Part shown: piece by piece, positions 57,623-64,000 of the stretch
Numbering within the stretch: the first letter of the stretch is position 1
Layout: every line of letters begins with the position of its first letter
Assembly: GCA_900757715.1 (NCBI GenBank)
Contig: CAAEOZ010000090.1
Span: 2,740-66,739, forward strand
Direction: 5' to 3'
From: an uncultured Veillonella sp.
GTDB lineage: Bacteria > Bacillota > Negativicutes > Veillonellales > Veillonellaceae
Length of the DNA: 64,000 nt
The notes under the pieces: model-generated
What the model saw: only the letters and a program-made list of their open reading frames with translations
The model's database searches: none
Told to the model about the DNA's origin: nothing
Made by a program: the position numbers and the translations under genes

Positions 57623-58282
57623 ATGAAGAAAATTATACTTTTCTTTCTTTTAATAACAGCCCTTACGGGATGTGGATTGAATCAAAATACGAGTAGTAAC
57701 AATGGGAATGGCAATAAAACAGAATCAAATGCAATTAGTTCCGCTACTGCAACAGGCTCCTCTACATCTGGTGCGGAAAATAGTAAAGCTGTTAAGCAAG
57801 ATGACCATCTAATTACAGCAAAGCAAGCCTTATCCGCTGGTGAGTATGCGAAAGCCATAGAAGAAGCTAACATATCCATTAAGGACAATGCTAATAATGC
57901 AGAAGCCTATTCTGTACGGGGCTTTGCAACAGCATTAAACGGTGATGCGGCTAAAGGTTTGACAGATACTAAGAAGGCTTATGATTTAGATCCTAACAAT
58001 GTGACTAATTACTATAACATGGCCATGGTCTATAAGCTACAAGGTCAGTTAGATGATTCTAAACAATGGTTTGAAAAGGTATTAGAAAAGGACCCTAGTA
58101 ACACCTGGTCTGTGTATGGTATTGCTACCATTTATGCAGACCAAGGAGACGATACTAAGGCCCTTGATTGGCTAGAAAAGGCTATAAAAATTGATCCTTC
58201 TGTAAAAGCTGTTGCAGCCGAACAAGACCATTTTGAACGCTTTCACAATAACGGACGATTTAAAACATTAGTTGGATTATAG
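57623..58282 (+). CDS. tetratricopeptide-repeat lipoprotein
   Basis: Lipobox LTGCG. TPR-like repeats (AEAYSVRGFATALNGD..., YYNMAMVYKLQGQLDDSKQWFEKVLEKDP). Confidence 0.75.
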   Translation: MKKIILFFLLITALTGCGLNQNTSSNNGNGNKTESNAISSATATGSSTSGAENSKAVKQDDHLITAKQALSAGEYAKAIEEANISIKDNANNAEAYSVRGFATALNGDAAKGLTDTKKAYDLDPNNVTNYYNMAMVYKLQGQLDDSKQWFEKVLEKDPSNTWSVYGIATIYADQGDDTKALDWLEKAIKIDPSVKAVAAEQDHFERFHNNGRFKTLVGL

Positions 58283-58498
58283 ATATGGATGTGAAAGTTC
58301 CATTTTTTGTGAAGCATCTCTCCGTATATATGGCAACATTAGAGGATTGTCATAGCGTATGGTTTGATGTGTTATATGTACTAAAATTTATTGCTCTATT
58401 TCGTAACGATTCTGTGGATGCTTTGCATCATGTACCTCACTTTACCAGTTATTTTATGGACAGTAGCTCTATTTTGGCTGAGCAATTGATGATGTAAA

Positions 58499-58876
58499 TT
58501 ACATTGTTTTCTCTACTAATGCTTCTTGTAGAATTTGAGAAAAGTTAATTCCTTTAGCTAATGCTCTATCGTTTAGCCAGGCAGGAATCGTTAGGGTTTT
58601 CTTTACGGATTTACTGTTTTTAGCTAAATCAATATCTGTTTGAACTAATGTAGGATATGTTGTTTCGGTACATGGTAAGCTGCGAATAGATGTGGGGGTA
58701 GGTAGAGTTTGTCCATCTTCTAAAGCACCTAATATATAGAGCTCCATAGCCTCTTGTGCATTGGTTATTAATTCTGTTAGTGTTGAGCCGGTGCTACTAG
58801 TGTATTCGAGATCGGGAAATTCAGCCCAGAAACCATCGGCATCGTCATGGATTATAGCAGGGTATATAAATTTCAT
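58499..58876 (-). CDS. hicB: type II antitoxin HicB (UPF0150)
   Basis: MKFIYPAIIHDDADGFWAEFPDLEYTSSTGSTLTELITNAQEAMELYI is a HicB N-terminal domain. The C-terminal DNA-binding tail is NFSQILQEALVE. Confidence 0.8.
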   Translation of the reverse strand: MKFIYPAIIHDDADGFWAEFPDLEYTSSTGSTLTELITNAQEAMELYILGALEDGQTLPTPTSIRSLPCTETTYPTLVQTDIDLAKNSKSVKKTLTIPAWLNDRALAKGINFSQILQEALVEKTM

Positions 58877-58885
58877 AGGGCCTCC

Positions 58886-59062
58886 TTATTTTAGTCCTGT
58901 TCGTTTTAGAATAGCATGTAATAAACCTGTAGGAACATCTTTTTCGTGTACGGCAATGACTTCCACTTGATCATCTTTTTTCAAACGATGATGACTACCG
59001 CATTGCCGTACATCCTTCCAACCATTTTGTAGAAGTAGTTTAAGCAAATCTTTATCCTTCAT
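58886..59062 (-). CDS. hicA: type II toxin HicA (mRNA interferase)
   Basis: MKDKDLLKLLLQNGWKDVRQCGSHHRLKKDDQVEVIAVHEKDVPTGLLHAILKRTGLK. RBS aaggaga. The upstream in-frame extension in the ORF track (to 59176) was rejected. Confidence 0.8.
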   Translation of the reverse strand: MKDKDLLKLLLQNGWKDVRQCGSHHRLKKDDQVEVIAVHEKDVPTGLLHAILKRTGLK

Positions 59063-59282
59063 AGGTTCTCCTTTCACTATAACACGTATATACGTGTTAT
59101 ACAATGGATAGGCGTATAGTTTATTCATTTGTAGTCTAGCATCGTTTGTATCATTATAGTGGTGACTATTGGTCACCTATGTTCCTATTAGTCACTTGAC
59201 AATATAGTTTTGTATAATGAATAGCATGAATTGAATAAATAGGGATAAGAGGTAAATTAAATAAGTGTAATATTAGTGTGTA

Positions 59283-59325
59283 AAAAAGCTGTATCAAATG
59301 GTAATGTCATTTGATACAGCTTTTT
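59283..59325. terminator. bidirectional terminator hairpin (repeat copy 1 of agctgtatcaaatg..atgtcatttgatacagct)
   Basis: aaaaagctgtatcaaatg gtaatgtc atttgatacagcttttt. A near-identical copy is at 60721..60765. Confidence 0.75.
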
Positions 59326-59335
59326 GTATAGCTAA

Positions 59336-59686
59336 TTATTTCGTTTGCTTTGGTTGATTGGACATGGTGTATATGGCAAGTGCTATCCAAATACAGGAGA
59401 AGGCAATGATGTTTGGTATATCAAAGCTTTCTTCAAAATAGAAAATAGATAGTAAAAATATAATTGTAGGAGCTAAATATTGAAGAAAGCCTAGTAGGTT
59501 GAGTGGTAATAGTTGAGCTCCGTAGGAGAAAAGGATAAAAGGAACTGCTGTAGTTAAACCACAGCCCATGAGGAGCAAAGCAGTGTACCAGTCTGTGCTA
59601 AAATAAGACCAAGAGGTAGTATCGAAGACAGTTGTGTATAGCAAGGCTAGCGGTGTTAAGAGCCAAGCTTCAACGGCACCTAGCAC
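59336..59686 (-). pseudogene. rarD (EamA-family) C-terminal fragment; diverged partial duplicate of 60786..61682
   Basis: ...EAWLLTPLALLYTTVFDTTSWSYFSTDWYTALLLMGCGLTTAVPFILFSYGAQLLPLNLLGFLQYLAPTIIFLLSIFYFEESF... aligns residue for residue with the C-terminal 115 aa of the full-length gene. No N-terminal half. Confidence 0.65.
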
Positions 59687-59809
59687 TACCTATTCATTTT
59701 AGTTATCAAATATGATCTTTATATATTAATCCTATTCATAAAAATCATATTAGTATATAATTAATATGTATAAATTAGGTTGTGTATTGATGAAAGGAGA
59801 GGATTCATC

Positions 59810-60709
59810 ATGAAACCATTTGGTAAAAGGGTAGCAATGGCTGTGTTGTGTGCGGCGACATTAACATCACCTTTATTGTTGAGCGGTTGTAGTATGTCAG
59901 AGTTATGGCAGGGTACTGAACAGAGCCGTAAGGAAATTGCGCAACGGTCTGAGCAAGATCAGGTGCAGTTATTTAATCAATATGTGAAAGCTGTAAGCCG
60001 ATACAATCGCATGGCTGTAATGTTTGATTATGCGAATACGCCAACTCTTAATGAGTTAAAAGCTGGGCAGCATTTAACTGTTTTTAATGCGCCGAACTTT
60101 AAGCAGCTACAAAAAGAATTAGAAGAGGCTAAGCAAGCTGGTATTCCTTATGATGAAATGAAGGAGCCTTTAGATAAGTTGCTTTCAAAATTGAACGAAA
60201 TTACACCGGTGGCCGAAGAGCTCGATGCATACTATAAATCTAAAGGGTATACCACAGATAACTATGCTAAGGAGCAACAATTAGGTCCTAAATATGTTCA
60301 ATTGTATGAACAATTTGTTCCTGTTTATGCTGACTTTGATAATGTTATGCATAAAATCAATACGGAGCGCTTGCAACAACGGTTACAACAATTGCGTGAT
60401 GTAGGCAAGAAAAATGCAGCTGCAGCACAAGAGGTTCATTTGCGACTTACTGCGGTCCTAGAAAAGATTGATAGTGAAAAACAACTAGATGTAAATGCTA
60501 TCAATCAAGAGTTGCAAGCTATTGGTGATGTATCAAATGGCATTACTAGTCCTAAGTATGATTCTGTTAAGACTTCTGTAAACTCTACAATTGGTGCAAT
60601 TCGTACCTATATGGGATCAAAACAAGATAACGACTATAATCGTATGATTGAGGCCTATAACCATTATATTTCTAATATGAATACGACCAATATGAATGAG
60701 TTAGATTAA
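59810..60709 (+). CDS. lipoprotein (hypothetical)
   Basis: MKPFGKRVAMAVLCAATLTSPLLLSGCS lipobox. Acidic, coiled-coil-like composition. RBS aaaggagagg. Confidence 0.7.
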   Translation: MKPFGKRVAMAVLCAATLTSPLLLSGCSMSELWQGTEQSRKEIAQRSEQDQVQLFNQYVKAVSRYNRMAVMFDYANTPTLNELKAGQHLTVFNAPNFKQLQKELEEAKQAGIPYDEMKEPLDKLLSKLNEITPVAEELDAYYKSKGYTTDNYAKEQQLGPKYVQLYEQFVPVYADFDNVMHKINTERLQQRLQQLRDVGKKNAAAAQEVHLRLTAVLEKIDSEKQLDVNAINQELQAIGDVSNGITSPKYDSVKTSVNSTIGAIRTYMGSKQDNDYNRMIEAYNHYISNMNTTNMNELD

Positions 60710-60720
60710 TAAGTCTATAT

Positions 60721-60765
60721 AAAAGAAAGCTGTATCAAATGAGAATGTCATTTGATACAGCTTTT
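60721..60765. terminator. bidirectional terminator hairpin (repeat copy 2)
   Basis: aaagaaagctgtatcaaatg agaatgtc atttgatacagcttttt. Confidence 0.75.
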
Positions 60766-60785
60766 TAGTTGATATACGATATATC

Positions 60786-61682
60786 TTACTTTTTTAGGCT
60801 AATGCGCGTTGTAATTTGGCTTGATAAGGAGAATAATACTAAGGCTATCCAGATACAACCGAAGGCGATCATTTGTGGTGTGCCAAAGCTTTCACCAAAG
60901 TAAAAGATGGCTAGCAACAAGGCAATGGTAGGGGATACATATTGCAGGAAGCCTAGTAGGTTGAGCGGCAATAGTTGCGCACCATAGGAGAATAGCACCA
61001 ATGGAACAGATGTAGTTAGACCGCAGGCTATGAGCAGCATGGAGGTATACCAGTCTGTGCCGAAATAAGACCACACTGTATTATCGATCATGGTCGTATA
61101 TAGTAAGGCTAGCGGTGTTAATAGCCAGGCCTCAAAGGCGATGCTCGTAAAGGGAGAGATGAGTAGTTTCTTTTTTACGGCCCCATAAAGACCGAAGGAA
61201 ACGGCGAGGATCATCGATACTAACGGCAAGGATCCTACTTGATAGGTGAGTAAGGCGATGCCGATGGTAGCGATGAGGACACTCAGCTTTTTCGGTATAG
61301 ATAGAACCTCTTTAAATAGGATGACACCTAATACTACATTGAAGAGTGGGTTGATGTAATAGCCAAGGCTCGTGTTCATAACTTGATTATTGGCGATGGC
61401 CCAAATGTAGGTGAACCAGTTTACGCTGATGATGACTGCCGCAACTAAAAGTAGGAATAGTTGTGAACGTTGTTCTTTTAGTAATTGAAAGTCCTTTTTG
61501 AATTGTTTAAAATGTAGGCCAAATACAACGATCGCCATGCAAATACCTGACCAGATAATGCGTTGTGCCAGTATATTATACGGTGAAACATGGTTTAATA
61601 ATGCCCAATATAGAGGGAGTAAGCCCCAAATTATATAACAACTAAGGGCTGTGATTAACCCTTTTTTACTTGTATGGTCCAT
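60786..61682 (-). CDS. rarD: RarD (EamA/DMT family) membrane protein
   Basis: MDHTSKKGLITALSCYIIWGLLPLYW..., 10 TM, two EamA halves. RBS gaggagg. The ORF-track start at 61703 is less likely. Confidence 0.8.
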   Translation of the reverse strand: MDHTSKKGLITALSCYIIWGLLPLYWALLNHVSPYNILAQRIIWSGICMAIVVFGLHFKQFKKDFQLLKEQRSQLFLLLVAAVIISVNWFTYIWAIANNQVMNTSLGYYINPLFNVVLGVILFKEVLSIPKKLSVLIATIGIALLTYQVGSLPLVSMILAVSFGLYGAVKKKLLISPFTSIAFEAWLLTPLALLYTTMIDNTVWSYFGTDWYTSMLLIACGLTTSVPLVLFSYGAQLLPLNLLGFLQYVSPTIALLLAIFYFGESFGTPQMIAFGCIWIALVLFSLSSQITTRISLKK

Positions 61683-61883
61683 AATGCCTCCTCGTGATAG
61701 CACTTATTATATCATTAATTCTTAAATTCTTAACCCATGCATTTTAGTTATTACATATGATTTTCAGTTATAACTTTGATTTTGGCACTTATGATTAAAT
61801 GTTATGTTCATTGACTTTGTGCATATTGTTACACTATATTGGACTTAGAACAACGAATATAGAGAATAGGTGTCGTAAGACTT

Positions 61884-62012
61884 AATAGAGAAATCGGTAT
61901 AAGCCGATGCGGTCCCGCCACTGTAAGGATGAGCCTGCTTTCATATATGTCACTGGAGTAATCTGGGAAGGCGAAAGCGAGGTGATGATCCCGAGCCAGG
62001 AGAACTGCCTAT
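61884..62012 (+). promoter_or_regulatory. cobalamin (AdoCbl) riboswitch aptamer
   Basis: aatagagaaatcggtataagccgatgcggtcccgccactgtaagg matches the conserved core AATAGGGAA..GGTG.AA.TCC...GCGGTCCCGCCACTGTAA (B12 box GCCACTG). The 3' element gagccaggagaactgcc matches AGYCAGGA.ACCTGCC. Confidence 0.75.
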
Positions 62013-62105
62013 TTGATAATCACCGTTATGTACCTACGAGCGATAGGAAGGGGATTGGGGTATGCTGTCTACAGTATTTTTTAGTGTACCTTTCAATAAG
62101 AAACC

Positions 62106-62136
62106 TTACGTGTCACTTTAGGTGGCACGTTTTTTA
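62106..62136 (+). terminator. putative riboswitch expression-platform terminator
   Basis: acgtgtcac tttag gtggcacgt tttttatt. Confidence 0.5.
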
Positions 62137-62316
62137 TTGCCCTTAGAGTGGATGTTGAGTATATGCGTCAAGTTTTATAGACATTAAACCGATGGACACA
62201 TTTTGAGGTTGATGTGGTCCAATAAGATAAAGCTCGAGTGATTCATATATCTAACAATTCACAGGTACGGTGCGCTGTTTCTCGGTATGGTTTCGAGTTG
62301 AAAAGGAGGCACATAT

Positions 62317-64000
62317 ATGTCTGACAAAAAGACTTCAAAGGATGCTGAACGTGATTTATTAGCACCTGTATCCTTTGATGAGTTTAAGAAACCTACGTAT
62401 GAACAATGGCAGGCCGAGGTTGAAAAAGCGTTAAAAGGTGGCGACTTCCATAAGAAGATGTTCACTAAAACCTATGAGGGAATTACGTTACAACCAATTT
62501 ACACGCCTGCATTGCATGGAGAAAAAATTCCAAAGGGTGTATATCCTGGAGCAGGTGAGTTCCTACGTGGCACAAAGGCAAGTGGTTATATTAAAGACTC
62601 TTGGGGCGTATCCCAATATGTAGACGAATCCTTTCCTAAGGATGCTAACCATGCAAGTTTATACGAAATTGTAAAAGGTGGCACCATTCACAATATTCGC
62701 CTTGATGAAGCAACACGCCATGATCAAGATGTGCAAGTAGGCGCAGCTGTTGGTATCGGTGGTACATCTCTGTCTACTATGGATGATTGTAGCCAATTGA
62801 TTGAACGTTTTAATTTAAAGGAAAATCCTTTATACATTGAAACAGGTGCTTCTGCAGCTATCTTGCTCGGTATGTTAGCCGCTACGGTGAAAGGCTCTAA
62901 AAAACAGACCTCTGACTTGAAAGGTCTCGTTGGCGCAGACCCTATTGGTGTTTGGGCTAAAGATGGTACATTGCATATGTCTTTAGATACAGCCTTTGAT
63001 GAAATGGCACATACTGTTGTATGGGCTAAAGAACAAGCTCCAGAGCTTAAAACTGTACTTGTATCTGGCGATGTATACGCTAATGGTGGCGCTAATGATG
63101 TGCAAGAGGTTGCCTATGCATTGGCAACAGCAGTTTGCTATGTGCGTCAATTAGCACAACGGAACATCGATATTCATACTATTGCTAAAAGCATGATGTT
63201 TACATTCTCCTTGGGGGCAAACTTCTTCATGGAAATTGCTAAACTACGTGCATTGCGCGTGCTTTGGGCGCGCATTATGGAGGCCTTTGGTGCAGAAGAA
63301 GCTGACCGTGCTGTTCATGTACACGGCAGAACATCGGCTTTCACAAAGACCGTATACGATCCGTATGTAAATCTGTTGCGTAACACGACACAGGCATTCT
63401 CCGGCGTTGTAGGCGGTTTGAATAGCCTTGAAGTGTCTCCATTTGACCAACCAATTCGTAAAGCTGACGACTTCTCTCGCCGTATTGCCCGTAACATCCA
63501 AGTTATGTTGCAAACTGAATTCGAGTTGCGTCAACCTGTGGACCCTGTAGGCGGTTCCTGGTATGTGGAAACATTGGCAGCCGAATTATGTGAAAAAATT
63601 TGGGCTGAGTTCCAAACTATTGAGGCTAAAGGTGGTATCGTAGCAGCTTTGAAAGAAGGCTATCCACAAGCTCAAGTTAAAGCAGTTCTTGACGAACGCT
63701 TCAAAAATCTTGCATTCCGCAGAGATGTGGCTGTAGGTAATAACATGTATGCGAACATGACTGAAGAATTGCTTGATCCAAAACCAGAAAATCAAGAAAC
63801 ATTGCGTCAAAAACGGGTTGCTCAAATCGAGGAGTACTTGGCAAGTGCGGAGCCAGATGCGGTTGTGAAAGCACAGGCTACCCTAGAAGCAGGTACTACA
63901 GAGCCAGGCGCTTTGATTGGTCTTATTGAACTCGGTGCATTACAAAAATTAACAATACGTCAAATCCGGAAGGCTTTAGATGCTGGTGATATTGCTTCCG
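62317..64000 (+). CDS. mutA: methylmalonyl-CoA mutase small (beta) subunit; 3' end lies beyond the window
   Basis: MSDKKTSKDAERDLL...YEQWQAEVEKALKGG...GVYPGAGEFLRGT...FSLGANFFMEIAKLRALRVLWARI...FSRRIARNIQVML...GGSWYVETL is co-linear with MutA-type subunits. RBS aaaaggagg. Confidence 0.85.
   Translation, partial: MSDKKTSKDAERDLLAPVSFDEFKKPTYEQWQAEVEKALKGGDFHKKMFTKTYEGITLQPIYTPALHGEKIPKGVYPGAGEFLRGTKASGYIKDSWGVSQYVDESFPKDANHASLYEIVKGGTIHNIRLDEATRHDQDVQVGAAVGIGGTSLSTMDDCSQLIERFNLKENPLYIETGASAAILLGMLAATVKGSKKQTSDLKGLVGADPIGVWAKDGTLHMSLDTAFDEMAHTVVWAKEQAPELKTVLVSGDVYANGGANDVQEVAYALATAVCYVRQLAQRNIDIHTIAKSMMFTFSLGANFFMEIAKLRALRVLWARIMEAFGAEEADRAVHVHGRTSAFTKTVYDPYVNLLRNTTQAFSGVVGGLNSLEVSPFDQPIRKADDFSRRIARNIQVMLQTEFELRQPVDPVGGSWYVETLAAELCEKIWAEFQTIEAKGGIVAALKEGYPQAQVKAVLDERFKNLAFRRDVAVGNNMYANMTEELLDPKPENQETLRQKRVAQIEEYLASAEPDAVVKAQATLEAGTTEPGALIGLIELGALQKLTIRQIRKALDAGDIAS

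Noticed and set aside
58285-58497. 70-aa ORF between the TPR lipoprotein and hicB
   Set aside because: No RBS, odd composition, and it overlaps the hicB 3' region; judged spurious.
61907-62146. 79-aa ORF 61907..62146
   Set aside because: It coincides with the cobalamin riboswitch aptamer and its terminator; translation of a structured leader is implausible.
1-64000. tRNA, rRNA and IS-transposase genes
   Set aside because: No cloverleaf-compatible 70-90-nt segment with a conserved T-loop GTTC was seen in the intergenic regions, and no rRNA-like stretches. No ORF has DDE or serine-recombinase motifs, so the island and repeats have no recognisable mobility genes.

Overview
This window looks like a chromosomal region from a low-GC Firmicute, most likely a Negativicutes/Veillonella-type anaerobe. 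No database search was possible; all calls rest on motifs read directly from the ORF translations and DNA. The contents are as follows.
- Housekeeping genes: gyrA, an [FeFe]-hydrogenase, a siroheme/Fe-S reductase (partial), glpT, tag, a ClC channel, an Fe-alcohol dehydrogenase, a YdiJ-like FAD/Fe-S oxidoreductase, and the methylmalonyl-CoA mutase small subunit preceded by a cobalamin riboswitch.
- A defence island: an AT-rich ~8.7 kb block bounded by terminators, carrying one tightly coupled five-gene operon (MORC-like GHKL ATPase, Z1 helicase-like ATPase, PD-(D/E)XK nuclease, AIPR, Dcm C5-methyltransferase). This is the most striking accessory feature.
- Type I toxin-antitoxin-like modules: three copies of a ~330-bp unit interleaved with three paralogous ~420-aa secreted proteins. 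Each unit has a promoter, an RBS-sequestering hairpin, a 33-42 aa hydrophobic peptide ORF and a convergent antisense promoter.
- Type II toxin-antitoxin pairs: higBA and hicAB.
- Other repeated structures: a family of terminator-like hairpins with a conserved 21-nt loop and covarying stems (five copies, three in tandem), two covarying leader hairpins, a candidate ~70-nt sRNA, and tandem regulator-site-like repeats.
- Gene decay: a GH3 gene with an in-frame TAG, P-type ATPase fragments flanking glpT, and a partial rarD duplication.
- No tRNA, rRNA, CRISPR array or IS transposase was recognised.
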